A stretch of DNA of 64,000 bases, from NCBI RefSeq assembly GCF_040938485.1, contig NW_027270931.1, positions 1,364,001 through 1,428,000 of the forward strand. Reading direction: 5' to 3'. Below are positions 51,453-61,541 of this stretch, piece by piece. The translations under genes were made by a program, and so were the position numbers. The notes below the pieces were generated by a model. The model was not told the origin of the DNA. It saw nothing but the letters and a program-made list of their open reading frames with translations, and did not search any database. The stretch is from Diadema antillarum (Eukaryota). Position 1 is the first letter of the stretch. The number at the start of each line of letters is the position of its first letter.

Positions 51453-52107
51453 GTGAGAAAACTATCTTTTTGTGTGTGTTTTTTTTTTTCAATGTGGGCC
51501 TACTGTGGGACCGTGATTTGCACTCGTTGTTACAGGACCCATGATCAGTCAGTGTATACATCATGTAAAAACAAATGGAAAATGTATTTCCCTTTTAATC
51601 CAAAGCAGGAGTTATCAAGCAGGAAGAACCAAATAAATGACAGTCATGTGTACTATGCAAGTATAGCCACCTATTATTACTATTATTGTTGTTATTAGTA
51701 TTAGTTTTGATATCAGTATTAGTATTATCATTATCATTATAATCATCATTACTACTACTACTACTACTACTACTACTATAAACTAATATTAGTCCTATGA
51801 TATTGGAGCTATCAGAGAAAATGAAAAAGGAGACAAGAAATGTAAGGAGAAGAAGAAATCAATTGAGTTGGAAAAAAGAAAGTGGATAAAAAACATATTT
51901 ACCAATCACAAAGTGTTGCTGTCAAGCATGTAAATGTTGTGTGAATGTAAATGAACCACTTTCACTTTAGGGCAATGTTCGTCCCTGACCTACACCATGA
52001 TTGGTACCTCAATCTAAACTTTTTATCCATTCAAAAAAAAAATGGTATCTTGCATTCTGTTTCATCATGTTCGTAGGAACGAACTTGGCGAACTTTATTT
52101 GGTTACT

Positions 52108-55100
52108 ATGGCTCCTCAAGTAGTACTCGTGACTGGATGTTCGTCTGGTATTGGGCTCTGTGCTGCTCGACGTCTCGCACAAGACCCCGATCAACGCTAC
52201 CTTGTCATCGCTACCGTCATTGCCATGGCAGAAAAGGCCGAGCTAGTTGCCGCCGTAGGGGACGCTATTGATAAGACGATCTTCATCAAGGAGATGGACA
52301 TCACCAAGGATGAAGACATCACACGAGTAGTTGATGACGTCGTTAAAACGCGCGGACGTATCGATATTCTCAGTGAGTAGGCCCTACTTTCATATCTGGT
52401 CTAAATATTCAGACCTTATTAACCCCGAAATGTCCAAATCAAGGAGGTTCAAGATCTGGAGTACAAAAACTGGATAGCCATTATTCATACGCTGCCAGTT
52501 TTGTTTGGATGGATAAAAGAATTCCATATACATTGTAGGTGCATCTGTGCTTTTACTGATCGGGATTTGATGCCACCACATTGTCTTACCTGCGTAAGAT
52601 TGCAACACCTTACATTAAGTAGATCAAATATGGAGGGGTTAATGAATGCTACAGAAAAAATCATTACAAGTTAAGCTTTGACTCTGGGCACATAAAGGGT
52701 TAATAGGTCTGTACTTGACAGGTTATAATATTTGTCGTCGCAAACAAAGCGAACAAAATACTGTCATTCCATTGTTGCTATTTAAAGAGACGGGATGGTG
52801 TCCTACCATCCCTGTGCATCATACGGTACAGTACTCATTGCAGTTCATGGTAGTAATCCCTTATGTTCGAATGACACTTTCAATTTTCAAAAAAAAAAAA
52901 ACCTTTTGACTGTTATATTTGACTGATGCTTATGAATAAGCAACACACTTTAGGAAATGTATAAATACAGTTCTCATTATTTTTTACGGATTCAGTGCGA
53001 TGTGATGTAATCTTTGTTCAAGACAAAATATGCGGTGAAAATCAAGGGTGCTCTGACGTCATCCTTGTTTTGTCTGTTTGTTCATCTTTTTATTTTTTAT
53101 TTTTTAATTAATCCAAAGCATGCCATGATGTAATGATGATTCGTATAGGTGCAAAGGCAACGCCCATGTCATCTGAAGTGGAATTGAAAAGTCTTACCCG
53201 GTAGATTTGAAATGCTTTGCCTTGACGAACTGCTCGAGATGTATTATATAGATCATTGAAACATTTTTCATGTATCCATTTTTTCAGTCAACGTAGCAGG
53301 AATTGCTATCATAGGAGTCCCGGAGCGCGTGTCACGTGCCAGGATCGAGAGCATCTTTAACGTGAACACTATCGGAACAATTCGACTCACTCAGGCGGTA
53401 CTCCCTCACATGAAGCAGAAAAAGGCGGGAAAAATCATCAGCGTCTCGAGTTTGGCGGGAAAGCAAGGTACGAGAATAAAGTTTCGTGCATGAATAATTG
53501 TTGCCAAACTACTTCATTCCGAACTTGCCATCTTTGGAAAATTATGCAAATTTGATTTTGTGAAAGATTAGTATTTTGTATGTTGATACTTTGCTCTAAA
53601 TGTATCTCTCCTGAAATGCCCTGCTGTTTGACAAAAAATTACGCCAATGCAATATAAATAGCGCCAGCCAAAAGTAAATTGATGACAATGAGGTTTAACT
53701 GAAGTAGTCTTCGTATCAACATCTTCTTTGACCATTGACGTAGCTACATGCAGACGAATCGTAGCATAAGAAAACGATTTGCTTTCAATGAAAAAAAAAA
53801 AAACAAAATGAGTTAGCAACGTGTTAAACGATGGCTTTCAGGCGATGCATTTTCCACACCGGCCAATTTACGTCACTACACTTTTCTGGAGACTTTACAT
53901 CCACAAATTATAAACGTACTATCATTTTTGCACTAGAAGTAGAGAGGGTGAAATTTGTGAAAATTTCAGCATCAGTAAATATTCCTCGTTTAGATTAAGG
54001 TGCTTAGTCAAGGTTTATTCTGCTTAACATTATTGTTATCATCATTATCTCTATATCAAAGCTGGATGATATGTTTTAATTACCATACCTACCGTGTACT
54101 TCAAATCGCAGGTGTGCCTTATGGTGAATTCTACAGCTCTTCCAAATTTGCCGTGGAAGGGTTCTTCGAATCGCTTCTCTCTACTGTCAAATCATTCAAT
54201 CTCAGGTAACAGCCAGGTGAAATATTTATGCCAGTATAATTCACCGGTACAGCCCCTGTTCATTAAGAGCAGGGCAATCATTTATTAGAACTAAAAATGG
54301 ATCGTTTTGTTGAATGATTATTTGTCTGAACTTAGGATTGTTCACAATTGGTTTCGTGTTTGTTTGTTTGCTGTTGGTGTTGTTCGTGTTGTTGGTGTTG
54401 TTGTTTGTTTGTTGTTGTTGGGGTTTTTTTTTTTGGGGGGGGGTGGGGAGGGTATGTTACAAAACGAGGCCAAAATGTATAATTCTAAAGGTAAATCAGA
54501 GCATCTTGATTAAAATCGGTTTGAAAATGAATGAGATAACCAAAGTAAGTCATCATCATCCTTGCCATATCAAAATGGTGTTCCAATCTCTCAATCCGGA
54601 TTTTAAACGGAAGGTGAGAAATCGCTGTATGTTCGGAAAAGCTCATTTCGTCTTGAAAATGTTAATTTTGTTTCTGTATTAATGAAGTCATGAAGCTGTC
54701 GAGTTACCCCTGGATTCGAGCTTCGTGCCAATGTTATGTTAGATATAAAGTCTAAATACGGTATAAACCTCCTATATGACCAGATTATTATTTGTGCAGT
54801 TTATTCACAAGACAATGTCCATCTGTTTTCATCAGTTTGGGACGATCAAACAATAGGAAGTACAGTTCGACCTCGATTATCTGGCCTCCTTTTATCCGGA
54901 AATCTCTATTATCCGGACGCCTTCACGCATTGAAGGACTTTTCATCCAAAAATTGAGAAAAAAACAGTGACTTTAACATCTTTTCATGGATCTATTTCAC
55001 TAATTTCATAAGATGTGCATGATAGGTTTCTCAATATCTAATGAGGTAAAACATGTATGATTTTCACATAAAGATAAACTTTATTTTTGTGAAGAAGGGA

Positions 55101-57591
55101 CTACAATTTTGCGCAGGCTTACATAGATTACACCACCGTTGCGGGGTACGCTACCTGCCTAGCTGCCAGTGCACTGGGACGGCAGCTTGGACGGCAGCTA
55201 TATACATTAACATTGTGTCTCCCAAATCCGGCCAATTCGCTTATCCGGATGAGCGCCGGTCCCGACATGGCCGGATAATCGAGGTCGAACTGTAAATGCT
55301 TCTACCAACCTTAAGTAATTGTACTAAAAACTTTCATCGGCTGGGGATGATGATAAATTAAATGACTGAGCTTCAACCAACCTTGAATTGTAGAGGGCAA
55401 GCTTTCGTCCTGCTCCTGAGGACTTTCTCAAGCCTTATGCAGTGGAGTGTTGTCTTGCTGCCGTTGCCTGTCTTTGTTAATCACTGGACCATAGATTGGT
55501 GAAAGGGTATAGCCCGAGTCTCTGTTGAGAGCAGGATTGACCCTTCTGATCCAAAGTGCTTCCTTTATTTTTCTTTTCAACCAGTTGCTTTCAAAGTCAA
55601 TGATACGCGCCTCATCCCATTCAATGTTGTGTCCTGTGTTGTAAGAGTGCTCAGCTATCGCCGAGTGTGATGGATTGTTTTAGTCTCAGCGCCCTTTTGT
55701 GTTCCTTGAGTCTCTCGTTCAAGGTTCTGCTGGTTTCCCCGATGTAACAATCATGGCAATCAGCACAAGTGATCTTATAGACAATGCCTGACCTTATTTG
55801 CCTTGGGACTTTGTCTTTAGCATGGACTAGTCTACTTCTCAGGGTATTAGAGCTCTTGAATGCAATATCAACATCCTTGTTGTGGAATGCTCTTTTCAGA
55901 AGGGAGGATATGGTGTTTACGAAGGGGAGGACTACCCTAATGCTAGTCTCCTTCCTTTCCTTTGTGGGTGACTTAGTTCTTGTTTTGTCCTTGGCTTTTT
56001 GTCTCATCCAAGCTGGGTATCCACATGCTGTAAGGGCCTTGTCAATATGGTGGAATTCACTCTGTAGTGCATCATTGTCAGAGGTTACATTTCGAGCTCT
56101 CAAATACAAAGATCTAGCAAACACTCAACACAAAGGAGTTTGACATTGACATTGACTTTGAAAGCAACTGGTTAAAAAGAAAAATAAAGGAAGCACTTTG
56201 GATCAGAAGGGTCAATCCTGCTCTCAACAGAGACTCGGGCTATACCCTTTCACCAATCTATGGTCCAGTGATTAACAAAGACAGGCAACGGCAGCAAGAC
56301 AACACTCCACTGCGTAAGGCTTGAGAAAGTCCTCAGGAGCAGGACGAAAGCTTGCCCTCTACAATTCAAGGTTGGTTGAAGCTCAGTCATTGAATTTAGT
56401 AATTGTGCTGGCTAGCTTTCCTCCACTCCTTTAGACTTCTTCAGGCCAAATGGTTACACCGTTTCTCTTTCACTGCCTGCCTGTCTCCTGATCACTGGAC
56501 CGAAGATCGGTGATAAATAAGTATCCCTAATCCCTATTGAGCGTGGGCTTCATTATCTTAACTAAGATGGACTCTTTCACTTGTCAACACAAAACACAAA
56601 ATAGGATGGAATGACGCCACGGCCGCAGTCCTAGTCAATTGAAAGGAATATTTGGCCAAGAAAAGTGAAAGAATGCATCTGGATTAAGAGAATTAAGCCC
56701 ACACTTAGGATTCGAGATACACTTTATCACCGATATTCGGTCCAGTGCTCAGGACACTAGCAGGCAAAACAAGAGAAACGGTGCAATCACTTGGCCTGAA
56801 GAAGTCCACAGGAGTTGACGAAAGCTAGCCAGCAAGTCACTAAAAGATTGGGAGAAGCCTTAACCTCTTATTGAATGTCCATCTCATTACAAAAATTAGA
56901 CTTTTCCAAAAAGTATTTGTCAAAAAGCAATGCATTACTCTACCATTACTGACGTGGGAAGTCAGGAGAAGATATTTCAAGTCGTTCAGACACTTTATGA
57001 AAGATATCTTTAGCTTGGTGATTGCGTTGTACTGAACTTGACTGAGATAAGTTTGAAAATTAAGGCTACAAGATCACTTTCAAGATGTCTCCTGGCGTGA
57101 CCTCTTAATAACGATTAGCCTGTTGTGGGTAGGTCTTCTTGTTTGTGTCTGTGTGTGTTTGTGTTTGTGTGTGTGTGTGTGTGTGTGTTTCTGAGTGTGG
57201 TGTGTGGAACACGTCAGTTGCAGTATCTTTAGTTCCAATTGAGCTGATTATTATTTTCTCTAGGATTTGCATGATGGAGACTACTCAAGTAAAGACAAGA
57301 CTAGTGACAGGAGTTTTCTCGGACATTGACACCCAGATCAACGACGATACCATTGACGACATTGATCGACGTCAACTACGCTGCCTTCTTGACGTATTGA
57401 AAGAATTCCCCTTCATTTCAGTAGACGACGTGGTCGACGTCATGATAACGAAATGCGTCGAGGTCGACGACCCAGTTTTCAGACACCTGGTCGTTCCCCC
57501 TGAAACCAAGAAGGCGCTGATTGAAACCGTTGCCGACCTGAAGGGGGAAAAGTCAATCGTGGCACTGCGAAAGTTCATAAAGGCGTCATAG
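52108..57591 (+). CDS. SDR-5: RDH8/HSD17B1-like SDR, 288 aa, inverted relative to the others; exons 52108..52372, 53288..53467, 54112..54205, 57264..57591
   Basis: Canonical splice sites and the same exon sizes; TGCSSGIG, NVAG, VSSLAG, YSSSK; ends LRKFIKAS*. Confidence 0.92.
54861..55294. mobile_element. Tc1/mariner (pogo/Tigger-like) MITE with TA TSD
   Basis: TACAGTTCGACCTCGATTATC … GATAATCGAGGTCGAACTGTA perfect TIRs. Confidence 0.85.
55396..55434 (-). ncRNA. Hammerhead variant motif (U3-A8 core), PLE-A 3' pseudo-LTR
   Basis: Identical to 56318..56356 on the opposite strand, at the end of the GIY-YIG ORF. Confidence 0.6.
56318..56356 (+). ncRNA. Hammerhead variant motif (U3-A8 core), PLE-A inverted arm
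   Basis: GGC-TTGAGAA-A-GTCCT(CAGGAGC)AGGAC-GAAA-GCTT-GCC. Confidence 0.6.
56410..56447 (-). ncRNA. Degenerate hammerhead motif in the other PLE-B arm
   Basis: GGC-CTGAAGA-A-GTCTAAAGGAGTGGAG-GAAA-GCTA-GCC; stem II is broken by mutations. Confidence 0.5.
56793..56830 (+). ncRNA. Minimal type I hammerhead ribozyme motif (canonical CUGAAGA core, one extra A), PLE-B
   Basis: GGC-CTGAAGA-A-GTCCACAGGAGTTGAC-GAAA-GCTA-GCC; stem I extends to TTGGC/GCCAG; palindromic AGCT stem III; CUA cleavage triplet. Confidence 0.7.
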
Positions 57592-57633
57592 ATATACGTG
57601 TTTCATCGGGGTCATCCCACAAGACCGACACCC

Positions 57634-57850
57634 GGCCATGAGTCATACAGCCCACGATTCCTACAGCCCACGAGTTCGACACTAGGCAAATAAAGCTCAT
57701 GTGACAGACACTGGGTAAAACGGCCTACGAGTTCGAAAGATACAATACAGGGTTTGATGTGTCAGATTCGTGGACCTTGTTTACTTAGTGTCGAACTTAT
57801 GGGCTGTATGACTCGTGGGCTGTATAACTTGGAGGCTGTATGACTCGTGG
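57634..57850. mobile_element. Foldback MITE, same family as 562..762, about 40 bp downstream of the SDR-5 stop
   Basis: GAGTCATACAGCCCACGA repeats and inverse TCGTGGGCTGTATGACTC repeats. Confidence 0.7.
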
Positions 57851-60440
57851 GTGTGGGTCTCCACCCGTTTCCTAATATGCACAGGAGTGTTTTGATCCCT
57901 TCGCACCTTCTGCTCCTCCAGAAATAAACATGAAGGAGGGAAACTTTATGTGCAACAAGGTGTAAATGGGAACCTGTAAAATTAGATGATATTTAACTGA
58001 TAATCTGTGAAATCATGACAAAATAACTGCATACAGAAATTAGGAGATACATCGAAAAGGGAATTTGCAGTATCATAATATAATTTGTCATTAAAGACAT
58101 ATTACATAAATGATGCCATAATCATAAACGAAGACCTATGCATCAAAGGACAATTGTGAACCAGGAATAACTTGATTTCCAATAAAGATAAACAATTTGC
58201 ATACGTATAATAAAGGAATGTTTGCAAAATGTAGCCATGACTACTCGTAAATTGCAATGTCACAAATTTCAACCCTTCCTCTGTGTTGTTATACAACGAT
58301 ATCAATGTTGGAATTTTGCTTCCTATGTGAAAGATTGTCGTTACTGTCGTGACTGTTGATGTTTTTAAAGCAGATCATTCAAATGACACGGGAAAGCGTT
58401 AGATTCACTTTGCATTTGTATGGCATTTATCCCGGCTAAATATCATTAAAACACTCACCAATGAAACACTTGCAAATCGTTGAACCTATGAATTATCTGT
58501 AGGACATAGTCTGCTTTTGCTAGTTAAATTACATACAATGACATCACAAGTATCAGTCGTGTTCCGCGAGTCTCGGTAGGTTTTCTATATAAAAAGAAAA
58601 AAAGGTTTTCTCCTCTCCTTATGTTGCACTAATCTTTTCTGTGACGTCGGAAATTTTAATAACTAGGGCTGGCTTGTAAAACTATAAGTGCAATTTCATG
58701 AAATATTCAGGTTTAACATCCTTGAATGGGCAATTTAAACCAATATCTTTGTATAGCTTTAACAAAAGGGCATAATTTGTAATATATAATGGAAGGTACG
58801 TACGCACTTGTTTTGAATGCCTCGGAGGTAAAAGTCTCTCTCTCTCTCTCTCTCTCTCTCTTAACTCGCTGTTCATTGAAACAGGAATTCTATTTCCCTG
58901 ATGTGCATTCAAATACAAATACACACGCGCTCACAAATACTCAAGGAATTATACAGTGCTGTAATACCCAGAAAAACATTGCTTTAGGCTTTATAATTTC
59001 ATCAATGATTCGACAACTCTCCCCCACACACACACGCACACACACACGCACACACACACACACACACACACACTATTTTTCCACAGAAAAGGAAACCTGC
59101 CGCCATAGTGCCGCCAGTAAAATCCACCAAATATCATCCAAAAAAAAAAAAAACCTCAACAGAACATTGATGATTATTGGTCAGATGGGGAGATGAACAC
59201 ACCACACAGGACAAGGGTAATATCTCAGGCGCTAGGGTCTTTTTATTACGTCATTTCTTCCAGCCAATCGTATTCGACACACACTCCAGATTCAGAATCG
59301 GAGATGTATAAATGCTATCGGCCTATACCAGTGTAGTCTAAGTTTTGGTGTATACCCTTATTACATTGTGTCAGGAAAGGAATACATTTTGTCTTGACTG
59401 TTTATAACCATTGACTTTGCACAGAAGTTCATTATGTCAATGCCGTCTCTATTGGGTAGGATATTCCAGACAAGAAGTTTAAAAGGAACATTTTAATTAG
59501 CACATCATATACATCGAAACGGGTTCCAGTCATAATCCATGAGGCTTGACTCGACGTCGGCGAGCGGGACTGTAAGGCAGGGGCGACTTCCGATACGAGG
59601 AACGTCGCTAGCATATTGAGGGCCGAATCTGCTGACGATCTGCGAGGTTTACCGGGCAACACATCGGCGCTGCACCAGCTTCTAAGGAGGGACCCGAACC
59701 CGGACATTCAAAGCTAGAAGTTACGTGTTTATCTATATTTTATATTGTATTTGATATTTTCATATCAAAACTTCAACGTTGTACCCACAACCAAAACTCG
59801 CTTATCAAAAACGTTGATTTAACTTTACTTGATCTGTTTCGATTGGAATGTTTATGAGTCAACGTAGAAGAATAAATAACAAAAAGGTCGGTCATGTGAC
59901 ACATTGTAATACAAGAACACCGTAATCACAATTTTCGAGCCTAAATGATCGTGTACGACGCAGTTTACAATGCACCGAATTCATTTACATGTATTATTTT
60001 GCCATTGAGGTGGGACTCTAAGTTAGTTTTAAGTTAGTTTAGAGTTTGAGATTTAAGAGAATTTTCAACGACATTTAGAGTGGTGAGCTGGGCTACCACG
60101 GACAAGGAGCAAGTTAATATCACGGTTGAATGTCAGTCATAGTCAACGTGTCTCTCATCTCCATATAAGCATAGACGGTGATATCGGCACTGTATCCCTT
60201 GTTCAATTAATTTTACGTTTCGAATACAGTTGATATAAGAACATCGAGGACAAATTGACTAATATTCTGAGCAATCAAATGAGATCTCCTCTCAGCACCC
60301 ATCACATCTAAGGTCATTGGCCAGCTTGATACTGCAAGTTTGGTAACACCCAAGTATTTTTATCATCGAATAAATGGTATAGATTTTGGCAAGGTCTCTT
60401 TATTATTGGAAGCGTCATCGTCCATCGAAAATTTGTTGCC

Positions 60441-61541
60441 ATGTTTTTAAGCGATTTCGCGATCGTGCGTTTGACAATCGGGAGTTTAGCTATCGGTTTC
60501 GGGATTCCTGGCAATATGATCATCATCGCTATCTTTACCCAGCAGTCAATCAGCAATGCCACTGACGTCGCCTTCATCGCCCTTGCCGTAGTCGACCTCG
60601 TTGGGAGTATGATCAGTGGTGTGAAAATAGCCGCCGTCTTTTTCCACGATGAGCACCAATGGGCTTGCTTCATCGAGGTCATTGGCTCAAGATCTCCTCT
60701 TTTCGCAAGTCTGTTACTAACGACGTCTATTGCGGCATATCGCCACCGAGCCGTGTGTAATCCGTTCGGAAAACGTGTCGGACGTCGGGCTGCTACCTGG
60801 CTTTCTCTTACGTGCGCCGTCGTCGCGTTTTCTGTACATGTACCGTTCTTTTTCATCACGACGTCGTACAAGTTAGGCCGCGAGTATTTCTGCAATGTAT
60901 ACGGAAACATTGCATGGGTGCAGAATGTCTACGCCCGATCACAGGCGGTTCTCTTCTGCGCCTCCGCCTTACCTGTCACTGTATTCTATGCCTTGATTTT
61001 AAAACACATCCGATATTACCAAGGAATCCGTCGTGAAATACTAAGTGATAAATTTGCTTCCGAACGTACGAGCAAATCAGACACAGTGGGAGCTGTCTCC
61101 TGTATAAGCAAGAGCATCGATATGGCCTGTAACTCATCAGACCCTCAATCGAACAATTTCTCATCCAATTCCATGGGCAGTGATACGGCAAATCTCAAAC
61201 CGTGTCCACCACATCCGTCGGATATGGAAGAACCAGCAAGCCGGCAGAACCTCGACCAGGCTCAAACTAGATCCAGAAACGTTCGGAAATCGGATCACAA
61301 GACTACACAGATGCTAATAGTCATCACGGCCGTATTATTTCTCCTCTGGCTGCCTAGTGTCGTGCTCGATCAGCTCTCCATCGCACAAATCAGCTATATC
61401 GGCAGCATTATGCCAAGGGGAGTACTTTACTTTCTCTATCAGGTCAAATATGTCAGTCACATCACTAATCTTTTCGTTTACATAGCCGTTAATAGACGTT
61501 TCAGAGATAATTGCAAGAAACTGTTTCTCTGTCCGAAATAG
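60441..61541 (+). CDS. Single-exon rhodopsin-family (class A) GPCR, orphan, 366 aa
   Basis: Seven hydrophobic segments; TM1 GIPGN, TM2 LAVVD, TM3 Cys and ECL2 Cys, DRY position YRH, TM6 LWLP, TM7 NLFVY, helix 8 NRRFR, long Ser-rich ICL3. No in-frame ATG between the upstream stop (~60327) and 60441. Confidence 0.9.
   Translation: MFLSDFAIVRLTIGSLAIGFGIPGNMIIIAIFTQQSISNATDVAFIALAVVDLVGSMISGVKIAAVFFHDEHQWACFIEVIGSRSPLFASLLLTTSIAAYRHRAVCNPFGKRVGRRAATWLSLTCAVVAFSVHVPFFFITTSYKLGREYFCNVYGNIAWVQNVYARSQAVLFCASALPVTVFYALILKHIRYYQGIRREILSDKFASERTSKSDTVGAVSCISKSIDMACNSSDPQSNNFSSNSMGSDTANLKPCPPHPSDMEEPASRQNLDQAQTRSRNVRKSDHKTTQMLIVITAVLFLLWLPSVVLDQLSIAQISYIGSIMPRGVLYFLYQVKYVSHITNLFVYIAVNRRFRDNCKKLFLCPK

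Larger units (their letters stand above)
55354..56398 (-). mobile_element. Penelope-like element (PLE-A), 5'-truncated: RT C-terminus + GIY-YIG endonuclease with an inverted pseudo-LTR copy
   Basis: ORF 55651..56124 has GIVYKITC..C...YIGETSRTLNERLKEHKR, continuing after a frameshift as AIAEHSYNTGH...KEALWI. Near-perfect 249-bp inverted arms at 55354..55602 and 56150..56398, the typical PLE architecture. Confidence 0.92.
56406..56834. mobile_element. Second Penelope-like remnant (PLE-B): two inverted pseudo-LTR arms
   Basis: Imperfect inverted arms; GIY-YIG tail remnant (RKVKECIWIKRIKP); a hammerhead-like motif in each arm. Confidence 0.75.

Noticed and set aside
52075-52110. Apparent coding extension ELGELRVVT upstream of every SDR ATG, with third-position variation
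   Set aside because: SDR-2 has an in-frame TAA there, predicted acceptor phases differ among paralogs, and the SDR-4 leader exon has a stop and no ATG in the joining frame. Most likely 5' UTR.
59430-59710. GC-rich stretch with a 91-aa minus-strand ORF upstream of the GPCR
   Set aside because: No family motif in any frame; could be a CpG-rich promoter or a repeat fragment, but this cannot be supported.
60314-60910. 198-aa minus-strand ORF
   Set aside because: Antisense shadow of the GPCR coding sequence.
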